From: a bacterium
Lineage (GTDB): Bacteria > UBA4055
Length of the DNA: 64,000 bases
Direction: 5' to 3'
Assembly: GCA_029559475.1 (NCBI GenBank)
Contig: JAKQBN010000055.1
Span: 7,089 to 71,088, forward strand
Shown piece by piece: positions 8,968 to 19,716 of this stretch. The translations under genes and the position numbers were made by a program. Numbering within the stretch: the stretch's first letter is position 1; every line of letters begins with the position of its first letter. The notes under the pieces were generated by a model. The model worked only from the letters and a program-made list of their open reading frames with translations. It did not search any database and was not told the origin of the DNA.

Positions 8968-10163
8968 ATGAAAACATACTTCAAGAAGCAAAACAGGCAC
9001 TGCATATTGTCCGCATAACCGTTCCGTATCTTGCCGAACTTGCCGATGCTGTAGAACTTATACCGGATGACAGGATCGAAACCGCAGGTATATTTGCTTC
9101 GGGAAGGCTGATATTTAATCCTGAGTGGTTTGCAAAACTTTCATTAAGAGACAGATCGTTTGTCATTGCGCATGAAATTATGCATCTCGCGCTTAGAACT
9201 CATCACCGGACACTCATTCAGGACAGAGAACTGTTTAATATCACACATGATTTTATAATTAATGAATATCTAAAAGAGTCGTTTGGTCTGACTGAAACTC
9301 CGGCGGACGGCCTTGACTGGCAGACTGAATTCGGACGATATTACGATATAAAAGACAAACCGGCAGAAGAACTTATGAAGTTTATAAAAGACTCTTTCGG
9401 TAAGGAGCTTGATCGAAAAAGGATATACAGGCTGGTTTGCGATGTGTTTTCTGATGAGCTGGAATTAAAATTATTTCCCGGTCTGTCAATTCAAGATCTA
9501 ACTGCAAGAAAAGCAGACATAAATAGCAGATCGTTCAAGGCTATCAGCACCAAACTCATAATTGATAAAGCTGATTTAATCTTCGGAAAGGGTACAACTA
9601 CCGGCGATAATTCAAGTACTTATGATATGATTAGATCATTATATAAACCGCCGTGGGAGGCGGCTTTACAGAGCTGGATTGATTTCGCCATTCGGACAGG
9701 CCATACCTATTCACGCCCGAGCCGAAGAGGACAGAGCGCAGATTATGTTTTGCCCGGATATAAAAGGGAAGGCCATACACTGCATATTCTTGTTGACACA
9801 AGCGGTTCAATGTCAGGCGCACTAGGAATAGTACTGGGCGTAATAGCATCTTTCTGTGATGATCTGCAGGTTGAAAACATTCACATAATTCAATGTGATG
9901 CAGGTGTAAGCGACGACAACTGGTTTACGCCAGATCAATTAAACAGATTTAAGGTAAAAGGGCTCGGAGGAAGCGATATGTCTCCCGGAATGTATCGCCT
10001 GCAAAATGACCCTGAAGTCCAATATGCCCTGATAATTACCGACGGTTATATTGATTATCCGACGATCTCTATGCCATATCAGGTTCTCTGGGTATTGACG
10101 GAACAAAATTGCAGCTTTAAACCGGATTACGGTCAAATCATCAGTTTGCCTGCGTTGAAATAA
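8968..10163 (+). CDS. VWA-domain protein with N-terminal HExxH putative metallopeptidase domain (DUF2201-type MoxR partner); N-terminus readable only after a 1-nt frameshift in an A4 run
   Basis: Frame-0 translation of 8931-9179 gives ...ILQEAKQALHIVRITVPYLAELADAVELIPDDRIETAGIFASGRLIFNPEWFAKLSLRDRSFVIAHEIMHLALRTHHR (HExxH), with no in-frame ATG/GTG/TTG. An ATG at 8968 sits in the MoxR frame, two codons after its stop. Adding one A to the aaaa run (8971-8974) yields MKNILQEAKQALH.... The C-terminal half has VWA/MIDAS-like LHILVDTSGSMSG. Confidence 0.65.
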
Positions 10164-10439
10164 TTGATGTTGGTGATGACGGCACTGTTCTTCTGCACAG
10201 GCGTTTATGCGTGGAGTTATATCAAGGATTATTCGTCGGGCAAGCGGTTGTATGAGTTCGACGGCGAGTATATCAAAGACTATTCGTCATAATTCCCAGA
10301 GTTATCGTCGCGCTGATCGTGCTGCAGGGATTGTAAGCTACTCATTAAATTTCAGATAAAAAATATCATATTTAGATAAGAGTGTCATTAGATGAACGTC
10401 ATCGTTTCGTATATTGCGGGTAAGTAAGCGGAGATTTTT

Positions 10440-11333
10440 ATGAATACGCATGAATTAGAAAAGTTTGATGAAGATATCATCAGGGACAAGATCTATTCGA
10501 TCCGGGGATTTCAGGTAATGCTGGATTCTGATCTGGCAGAATTGTATGGTGTTGGGACTAAGATACTTAATAAAGCAGTGAAAAGAAATAGCGCTAGATT
10601 CCCTGCGGAATTTATGATGAAATTAACTCAGGATGAATACGAATGTATTTCAAACTTGAGGTTCCAAAATGGAACCTCAAGTTGGGGTGGTACAAGATAT
10701 CTTCCTTTTGTTTTCACTGAGCAGGGAGTTGCAATGCTCGCAGGAATTTTAACTAGTGAGACAGCTATAATAATCAGTATTAAGATTATCAAAGCTTTTG
10801 TCGAGATGCGTAAATTCATTCAATCAAATGCGCAGGTGTTTCAAAGACTTGATAGAGTAGAAATCAAGCTGATAGAAAATGATGTTAAATTCGATAAATT
10901 GTTTACCGCTCTTGAGAATAAAAAATTCCAGCCTAAGCAGGGAATATTTTATGACGGGCAGGTTTTCGATGCGTATAAGTTCGTGTCAGACCTGTTCAGG
11001 AGCACGAAAAGTTCCATTCTTATAATAGATAATTATATTGACGATTCGGTTCTGATTCATCTGACAGTGGTTTCAAAAAGCGTAAAGGTTAAGATACTCA
11101 CGAAATCTATATCGGATAAGCTTGTTTTGGATATAAAAAAGTTCAGCGAACAGTATTATCCTATTGAGGCTAAAGTATTCACTCTCGCGCATGATAGGTT
11201 CATTATTATTGACGATAAAGATGTTTATCACTTTGGAGCATCATTGAAAGACTTGGGAAAAAAATGGTTCGTGTTCTCGAAGATAGAGAAGTCTGATATG
11301 GAATTATTAAGCAGGCTGGAGAAAGTGAAATAA
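10440..11333 (+). CDS. KilA-N/ORF6N domain protein (phage antirepressor-like N-terminus) with uncharacterised C-terminal domain
   Basis: N-terminus IRGFQVMLDSDLAELYGVGTKILNKAVKRNSARFPAEFMMKLT...TRYLPFVFTEQGVAMLAGIL matches the ORF6N domain. Confidence 0.6.
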   Translation: MNTHELEKFDEDIIRDKIYSIRGFQVMLDSDLAELYGVGTKILNKAVKRNSARFPAEFMMKLTQDEYECISNLRFQNGTSSWGGTRYLPFVFTEQGVAMLAGILTSETAIIISIKIIKAFVEMRKFIQSNAQVFQRLDRVEIKLIENDVKFDKLFTALENKKFQPKQGIFYDGQVFDAYKFVSDLFRSTKSSILIIDNYIDDSVLIHLTVVSKSVKVKILTKSISDKLVLDIKKFSEQYYPIEAKVFTLAHDRFIIIDDKDVYHFGASLKDLGKKWFVFSKIEKSDMELLSRLEKVK

Positions 11334-11345
11334 TTTTTATCCAAG

Positions 11346-11362
11346 CGCCATTATTTGGCGTT
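11346..11362. promoter_or_regulatory. palindromic element cgccattatttggcg(tt), copy 2, upstream of the AAA ATPase gene
   Basis: Same 17-mer as at 7264-7280, followed by a similar gttatatt...ccggatat stretch; lies between the ORF6N gene stop (11333) and the ATPase start. Confidence 0.35.
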
Positions 11363-13064
11363 GTTCCAATGTTATATTCCGGATATGAATGTTAAACTCA
11401 GAAAAAGGAGAAAAAATATGAAGGGACCGGTACACATAAAACTGATAGAAATAGCATCTGATGAGATGAACCTGACGAGACAGGTAAATACGGACGAGAT
11501 AAAAATGCTTATGAACGATTACGGTCTTACGAACAGCGAGGCCGTAATTTTCGCTTTTCTTTTAAAATATTCCATGGAAAGAACTCACCTCGAACTTGAA
11601 AAATTCGACAATCAGATCGTACGCAAAGGCGATGAAAATTATATAAGAATATACAGAGACCTTAAAAGCATGCAGAAGAAAGGTGTCATCGCGTTGAACG
11701 CGGAAGGCAGAAGGAGAAGGGGGGACGACCTTTTTAATCCCGCTATATCAATAGATGAAGCCGTTTTTTCAAGATTAGTCCTCGGAGAGGATATGTTCGC
11801 CGATACCGATTTTTCCTGCCCGTACTCTATACTCGAAACCGCGGATGAAGTAATAGACTCTAGGCTGGCTGAAAAGATATCCGGCGAGCAGTTCGAAAAA
11901 AGGATCGATATGCTAATGTCCAAAGCCGATCATAGCCTTGAATTAGTAAAAGTCCTGAAAAAATATGAAATAATAGAAAAAGCGCTGATCTTCAGAGCCT
12001 GCCTGAACGAAATAAAAGGCGACAGCGACGATACGATCAACGGATTCATATCAAATTTCGTATCATCCCTTTCGGAATCCGGAAGGATAATGAAGAAAAT
12101 ATATGAAAAGCGTATGAAATGCTTTAACGACAAGGTACTTGAGCTTAAAGACGGCCGCGGGATATTCGGGCTTATGGGTAATCCGGTTTTCATTATAACG
12201 GAAAAATATTTCGAGAAGATGTTCGATACGAAAACAAAGATCAAGATAAAAGAATTCACTCCGCGCTATACAGAACTTGTTAAGCACAAGGATATGAAAA
12301 AAGAACTTTTTTTCGAGCCGGGATTGAAAAAGGAAATAGATACGATCGCTTCCGCGCTCGAAGCAAAAAGATTTAAAGAAGTCTCGAAAAAGCTTAAAAG
12401 CAACGGGTTCCCTCAGGGTATAGTATCTATATTATACGGGTATCCCGGTACAGGGAAGACAGCGAGCGTTCACGAGATCGCAAGAGTTACGGGACGCAAC
12501 ATACTTCAGGTCGATATATCGAACATAAAGGATATGTACGTCGGCGAAAGCGAAAAGAGACTGAAGGATGTTTTTAAGGAATACAAAAAAGCGAAGAACA
12601 TTTTTAAAAAAGCTCCTATCCTTCTTTTCAACGAGGCTGACGCCATAATAGGTAAAAGGATCAATGTGTCCGACAGCGTGGACCAGATGTATAACAATAT
12701 GCAGAACATAATTTTGGAGGAGCTTGAAAAATTCGAGGGTATATTCTTCGCCACGACTAACATGATAAACAACATAGATGACGCTTTCGACAGAAGATTT
12801 TTATTCAAGGTGGAATTCGGAAAACCTTCACCCGAGATCAGAAAAAGGATATGGTCGTCCAAAATGAAAGATATTCCTGAGGAGTGGACAGATATCCTTT
12901 CGGTCTATGAGCTTACCGGAGGCCAAATAGACAACATAGTAAGAAAATACATGATCGACAGCGTGTTGAAAGATGTAAAAGGTATCGACGGGCTCAAAAA
13001 GTTTTGTTATGCGGAAACTGCTTTTAAAAAGGAAGGAACCCGCATTATCGGTTTCGGAAGATAA
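11355..13064 (+). CDS. AAA family ATPase (classical AAA core with SRH) with long uncharacterised N-terminal domain
   Basis: Walker A GYPGTGKTAS, Walker B LLFNEADA, second region of homology TTNMINNIDDAFDRRF; the true start is probably an internal Met (for example 11418). Confidence 0.7.
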   Translation: MALFQCYIPDMNVKLRKRRKNMKGPVHIKLIEIASDEMNLTRQVNTDEIKMLMNDYGLTNSEAVIFAFLLKYSMERTHLELEKFDNQIVRKGDENYIRIYRDLKSMQKKGVIALNAEGRRRRGDDLFNPAISIDEAVFSRLVLGEDMFADTDFSCPYSILETADEVIDSRLAEKISGEQFEKRIDMLMSKADHSLELVKVLKKYEIIEKALIFRACLNEIKGDSDDTINGFISNFVSSLSESGRIMKKIYEKRMKCFNDKVLELKDGRGIFGLMGNPVFIITEKYFEKMFDTKTKIKIKEFTPRYTELVKHKDMKKELFFEPGLKKEIDTIASALEAKRFKEVSKKLKSNGFPQGIVSILYGYPGTGKTASVHEIARVTGRNILQVDISNIKDMYVGESEKRLKDVFKEYKKAKNIFKKAPILLFNEADAIIGKRINVSDSVDQMYNNMQNIILEELEKFEGIFFATTNMINNIDDAFDRRFLFKVEFGKPSPEIRKRIWSSKMKDIPEEWTDILSVYELTGGQIDNIVRKYMIDSVLKDVKGIDGLKKFCYAETAFKKEGTRIIGFGR

Positions 13065-13065
13065 G

Positions 13066-13092
13066 AAAAAAGCGGGAATATCCCGCTTTCTT
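13066..13092. terminator. bidirectional Rho-independent terminator (aaaaaagcgggaatatcccgctttctt)
   Basis: Perfect 7-bp GC-rich stem agcggga/tcccgct with a 3-nt loop and a T-run; sits between convergent genes. Confidence 0.6.
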
Positions 13093-14414
13093 CATCTCTC
13101 TTTGCAGAGGCATGTGCCCTGAGGGACAGAGTTTATCACGAATCCCCTTTTAGCCGAAGCCAGAAATTCTTTATTGCCTATTATCGAAGCCAGCTTTCCG
13201 TCGTGAGAACACAAAAGCACTTTTCCGACATTCGCATTCTGAACATGGAATAAACATTTCGAGTTACCTTCTATTATATTGTTTCTCATCCAGTTCTCGA
13301 ACCTGCTTCTGTTGTTCGGGCCTACGGGAAGGATGATATCGCTTATCACTTTCCAGCCTTTCTGCGGAACTGAAGGCTCGTTATTATCGATAAAAAGATA
13401 CGAATAGTTAAGCTGTCTGTGATCGATCCCGGTTATCCTGTCTATGAAGGTGACGCCTTCAGGGACGTACCATGTGTTCTTGAACCAGCACCAGTCTGTC
13501 CTTTCGCTCTCTGAAGACAACGGGCATTCAAGAGTGTGAAGGCAGGGCGAAAGTACGCGGAACTTCCCGTGCATCTCTTTTAAAAGGGCGTTCCTTAAAG
13601 AACCGAGGGATCTCGAATGAACGTCCTGCCCGGGCTCGATGATAAGGAGGTTCCCTTTCATTACATTGATCAGGGATTCAAGCGTGACCAGCCTGTGTTT
13701 TTCAGGAATCTCGTTAAACACGTTAGCGCACAGTATGATGTCCGCATTTTCGGGAACTTTCAGCGCGGAGCTGTAATTATTATGTTCGATTTCAAGTGAC
13801 GGAAAAGCGGCTTTCAGAAGTTCAAACCCGGCATTGAGCATATTTGACGATCTTTCAACCGACATTATCTTTATCTTCTTTCCGGTCAGATCGATCCCCG
13901 CGAAATCCAGCGAGATCAGAAAGCCGGCGGTCGCGCTCAGCGGTCCCGCTCCAAAATCAAGTATCACAAGTTCGTCCTGACATTTGCAGATATTTTTTAA
14001 AAGATGCGCGTTCTGCCTGTTGGTCAGGATAGCGAAAGTCCTCTGAATGTTCGGCATGTAAAAAGATGATATGTAGGCGGCGACGAATTTCTTTTCATCT
14101 GAATACTTTTTCGTAAATTCGTCCCTGTTCTCATTGAATGACTTCCATAATGTCTTGATCCTGTCCCTGAGCCTGTCGCTCTCAGATCTTTTCTTATCTC
14201 CTTCGAGGGTGGAAAAGTCTTCCGTACCGATTATCATCTTCTGCCAGGATGAATAGAAAGCATTCCAGTCGAAGTGCCTGTATTTCAAATACGAGTTGAA
14301 TGAGCTCATTGTTTTCCTTTGTTTTAAAATCCGCCCAAATATAACAGAATCTTCAGATAAAAGACAGAAATATTTTTTATTAATTTGTTTTAAATTGCTT
14401 GACTTTATGCTCAA
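13092..14414 (-). CDS. class I SAM-dependent methyltransferase (possibly Rsm22-like)
   Basis: VILDFGAGPLSATAGFLI glycine-rich SAM motif I in a 440-aa protein; family assignment tentative. Confidence 0.5.
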   Translation of the reverse strand: MSIKSSNLKQINKKYFCLLSEDSVIFGRILKQRKTMSSFNSYLKYRHFDWNAFYSSWQKMIIGTEDFSTLEGDKKRSESDRLRDRIKTLWKSFNENRDEFTKKYSDEKKFVAAYISSFYMPNIQRTFAILTNRQNAHLLKNICKCQDELVILDFGAGPLSATAGFLISLDFAGIDLTGKKIKIMSVERSSNMLNAGFELLKAAFPSLEIEHNNYSSALKVPENADIILCANVFNEIPEKHRLVTLESLINVMKGNLLIIEPGQDVHSRSLGSLRNALLKEMHGKFRVLSPCLHTLECPLSSESERTDWCWFKNTWYVPEGVTFIDRITGIDHRQLNYSYLFIDNNEPSVPQKGWKVISDIILPVGPNNRSRFENWMRNNIIEGNSKCLFHVQNANVGKVLLCSHDGKLASIIGNKEFLASAKRGFVINSVPQGTCLCKER

Positions 14415-14481
14415 AAATTTTTATCATTCGTCAGAATCATAATTAATCACCAAAATACTACCGGAAGATCCAGGTAAAATC

Positions 14482-15456
14482 ATGAAAAAAATGTCAGAAA
14501 AGAAGATAATTCAATTAGCAAAAAACGTATTTGAGACCGAGATAAAAGAGCTTGTCAGGGTTTCAGAGAAGATAGACGGAAGTTTTTATAAAGCCGTTAA
14601 ACTTATTCTCGAATGTAAAGGAAAATTGATAGTATCCGGAATGGGAAAATCGGGTCTTATCGGCAGAAAGATAGCCGCGACTTTATGTTCGACAGGTACG
14701 CTGGCGATATATATGCATCCGGCTGAAGGGCTTCACGGCGATCTCGGTGTTGCTGAAGATAACGATGTAGTGATAATGATCGGCAAAAGCGGCGAATCGG
14801 ATGAGATAGTTTCTATGCTTCCAGTGCTCAAAAAGATCGGCTGTAAAATAATAGCTATTACCGGAAACATAAATTCCACGCTTGCAAAGAACTCGGATGT
14901 CATACTCAATTCATACGTGGAAAAAGAGGCATGCAGCCTTAATCTCGCACCGACTTCAAGCACGACGGCCGCGCTCGTTATAGGAGATGCCATAGCCGCC
15001 GTACTTTCGCAGCTCAAGAATTTCAAAGAGGAGGATTTCGCTCTTTTCCATCCGGGCGGAACCTTAGGCAAAAGGCTTCTTTTAAAAGTCTCGGATTTCG
15101 TTCATCCTCTGTCTGAAACTGCAGTTTGCACAGAAGATACAAAATTCAGGGATGTTCTTATCAGAATGAGCGAAAGAAATCTCGGAGCCGCTTTAATAAT
15201 CGAAGACGGGAAACTTAAGGGAATAATCAGTGATGGCGATATAAAAAGGATACTTACAAAATTCACAAACGCGGATAACCTTACCGCCAAAGAGATGATG
15301 ACTCCTAATCCCAAGACGATCGAGTATGATATGATGGCGTATGATGCGTTGAAGATCATGAGATCGAGCGGAAGTTTCAGCGTAATGCCCGTTCTTCAGA
15401 ATGACGGACCCGCAGGCCTGATCAAACTTCACGACCTGCTGAAATCAGGTTTATAA
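14482..15456 (+). CDS. kpsF: arabinose-5-phosphate isomerase (KpsF/GutQ family; SIS domain + tandem CBS)
   Basis: SIS motif GMGKSGLIGRKIAATLCSTGT and a C-terminal CBS pair; 324 aa. Confidence 0.8.
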   Translation: MKKMSEKKIIQLAKNVFETEIKELVRVSEKIDGSFYKAVKLILECKGKLIVSGMGKSGLIGRKIAATLCSTGTLAIYMHPAEGLHGDLGVAEDNDVVIMIGKSGESDEIVSMLPVLKKIGCKIIAITGNINSTLAKNSDVILNSYVEKEACSLNLAPTSSTTAALVIGDAIAAVLSQLKNFKEEDFALFHPGGTLGKRLLLKVSDFVHPLSETAVCTEDTKFRDVLIRMSERNLGAALIIEDGKLKGIISDGDIKRILTKFTNADNLTAKEMMTPNPKTIEYDMMAYDALKIMRSSGSFSVMPVLQNDGPAGLIKLHDLLKSGL

Positions 15457-15469
15457 TCATAAAACGATA

Positions 15470-18076
15470 ATGAAAAAAGACAACTCAGACAGCCTTACCC
15501 CGATGATGAAACAATACCAGGAAATAAAAAGCAGAAATCCTGAACATATTTTATTTTACAGGCTGGGTGACTTCTATGAGATGTTTTTTGATGATGCAAA
15601 GACCGCAAGTAAAGTTCTGAACCTTACGCTTACCACCCGGGGTAAACATCTCGGCATAGAAATACCTCTGGCAGGTTTTCCTCACCATCAGATAAACAAT
15701 TACCTTTCTAAAATGATCAGGGCGGGCTATAAGGTCGCGGTCTGCGATCAGGCCGAGAACCCGAAATACGCAAAAGGGATCGTAAAAAGGGAGATAACAG
15801 ACATCGTTACCGCAGGAACCGCGCTTTCGGATGAAATGATCCGGGGCGATTCCAATAATTATATCGTATGCGTATTCACCGATGAAAAACACGGAACCGG
15901 ATTCGCGGCGGCGGATATTTCTACCGGAGAATTCACCGCATACAGCCCCGAAACAGCGGCAGAACTTAAAGAGACGGTATCTCTTTTCGATCCTTCGGAA
16001 ATACTTATTCCTTCAACCTGGTCGGAGATCGTTTTCGACGACAAAAGGACGCTGACAAAGATTGAAGACTATAAATTCTGCGGAACTGCGGCATCGGAAA
16101 AGCTCAAAGAATATTTTAAAATATCATCGGTCTCTTCACTCGGATTTACAGATGATGAGCCGGCAGTTATATGCGCCGGAGTACTTCTGGAATATCTGTC
16201 TGAAAATCTCAAATCGGGATTTTCCCATCTTGAAAAACCGAAAAAATACAGCGATAAGAATATCTGCGCGATAGATTACAGGACGAGAAAGAACCTTGAG
16301 ATCCTGGAGCCTGTAAATTCAGACGGCGACAAAAACGCCACTCTTTACGGCGTAATGAACAGGACGAAAACTCCTATGGGCGCAAGGCTTTTACGAAAAT
16401 GGCTGACAATGCCGTTAAGAGACAAAGAAGAGATAAACAAAAGACTGGAGATAACGGAAAAGCTGCTTTTAGAGACCGCCAGGAGAAGAAAGATAACTTC
16501 TATCTTATCGGATATGGCGGATATAGAAAGGCTTTCCGGAAAGATCAGCGCGAAAAAGATCAGGCCGGATGAGCTTTTAAGGCTTAAAAACTCGTTGAAT
16601 CTGCTGCCTGAAATAGCAGAACAGCTGAAAGGAACGGGATCTGAATTTATTGACGGGCTTATTTCAGATTTAGCGCCTGATGAAGGAATTATCAGCCTGA
16701 TCGACAATTCGATAAACGAGCCTGAAGGAATAGGCATAAAAGAGAAAAGGTTCATAAAAAAAGGCAGATCGAAAGAGCTTGATGAGCTTTACGATATAAT
16801 GGATAACGGAAAAGATAAGATCCTCGCCCTGTCCGATACTATCAAAAGCGAACTGAACATACCGACCTTAAGAACCGGCTACAACAAGGTATTCGGTTAT
16901 TATTTCGAGGTAACGAAAAAGTATTCGGAAATGATACCTGCGGGATTTATCAGAAAGCAGACTCTTGTAAATACGGAAAGGTTCATAAATCAGGAACTGA
17001 AGGAGTTCGAGGAGAAGATATTAAACGCGGACGAAAAGATAGAAGAGCTCGAAAAGGAAGTTTACGCCGGAGTTCTTAAAGAGGCTGAAAAGCACATTGA
17101 AAGCATAAAGCGAAATTCAGCCGTCATAGCCCGTCTCGACTGTTTAAATTCGTTCGCCGCATCGGCGGAGGCCGAAGGCTACATAAGGCCTGTCTTTACG
17201 GACAAGAACGAGATCATTATAAAGAACGGCAGGCATCCGGTAGTGGAGAAGATGCTGAAGCACGGGCAGGATTTTATACCTAACGACCTTACGGTAACTG
17301 AAGACAGGAACCTGCTTATAATAACCGGACCGAACATGTCCGGAAAATCGACATTTTTGAGGCAGACCGCGCTTATAGTCATAATGGCGCAGGCGGGAAG
17401 CTTCGTTCCAGCAGATAATGCCGTTATAGGCATGACGGACAGGATATTCACGCGGGTCGGAGCTTCAGACAACCTGAGCGGAGGAGAAAGCACGTTCCTC
17501 GTAGAAATGAACGAAACGGCCAATATCCTGAACAACGCTACAAAGGACAGCCTGATAATCTTCGACGAGGTCGGCAGAGGGACAGCCACTTTCGACGGAC
17601 TGAGCCTGGCCTGGGCGATACTAGAGTACATTCACGATGAACCGCGTCTGATGTCAAGAACACTTTTCGCGACCCATTATCACGAGCTGACCGACATCGA
17701 AAGGATCTGCCCGAGAGCTAAAAATTTCCATGCCAGCGTAAGAGAGCATAAAGACGAAGTGATATTTATGCGCAAGATCATCGAGGGCGGCGCGGACAAC
17801 AGCTACGGAATTTATGTGGCCAAGCTGGCGGGAATACCGGAAAAAGTCCTTTCGAGGGCGAAAGTCATACTCGGGAATCTCGAGGAGAACGAACTTACTC
17901 CCGATTCGAAACCGGTTATCGCGAAAGACAGGGATAAAAAGATCGTTGCTGACCAGCTGAGCCTGTTCATCTTCGATAATGATGGATTAAGGGAAAGACT
18001 GAGAGAGACCGATCTCAACAACATCACGCCGCTGCAGGCTTTCGACAAGCTGAAAGAACTGAAAGAAATGATTTAA
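15470..18076 (+). CDS. mutS: DNA mismatch repair protein MutS
   Basis: N-terminus TPMMKQYQEIKSRNPEHILFYRLGDFYEMFFDDA, Walker A GPNMSGKSTFLRQ, DEVGRGT, 868 aa. Confidence 0.95.
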   Translation: MKKDNSDSLTPMMKQYQEIKSRNPEHILFYRLGDFYEMFFDDAKTASKVLNLTLTTRGKHLGIEIPLAGFPHHQINNYLSKMIRAGYKVAVCDQAENPKYAKGIVKREITDIVTAGTALSDEMIRGDSNNYIVCVFTDEKHGTGFAAADISTGEFTAYSPETAAELKETVSLFDPSEILIPSTWSEIVFDDKRTLTKIEDYKFCGTAASEKLKEYFKISSVSSLGFTDDEPAVICAGVLLEYLSENLKSGFSHLEKPKKYSDKNICAIDYRTRKNLEILEPVNSDGDKNATLYGVMNRTKTPMGARLLRKWLTMPLRDKEEINKRLEITEKLLLETARRRKITSILSDMADIERLSGKISAKKIRPDELLRLKNSLNLLPEIAEQLKGTGSEFIDGLISDLAPDEGIISLIDNSINEPEGIGIKEKRFIKKGRSKELDELYDIMDNGKDKILALSDTIKSELNIPTLRTGYNKVFGYYFEVTKKYSEMIPAGFIRKQTLVNTERFINQELKEFEEKILNADEKIEELEKEVYAGVLKEAEKHIESIKRNSAVIARLDCLNSFAASAEAEGYIRPVFTDKNEIIIKNGRHPVVEKMLKHGQDFIPNDLTVTEDRNLLIITGPNMSGKSTFLRQTALIVIMAQAGSFVPADNAVIGMTDRIFTRVGASDNLSGGESTFLVEMNETANILNNATKDSLIIFDEVGRGTATFDGLSLAWAILEYIHDEPRLMSRTLFATHYHELTDIERICPRAKNFHASVREHKDEVIFMRKIIEGGADNSYGIYVAKLAGIPEKVLSRAKVILGNLEENELTPDSKPVIAKDRDKKIVADQLSLFIFDNDGLRERLRETDLNNITPLQAFDKLKELKEMI

Positions 18077-18085
18077 ATAAATTAA

Positions 18086-19714
<1,629 letters not shown>

Positions 19715-19716
19715 GC

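Noticed and set aside
10167-10292. 41-aa ORF MLVMTALFFCTGVYAWSYIKDYSSGKRLYEFDGEYIKDYSS with an internal YIKDYSS duplication
   Set aside because: Too short, with no Shine-Dalgarno or clear context. It may be a real small membrane peptide, but that cannot be supported from sequence alone.
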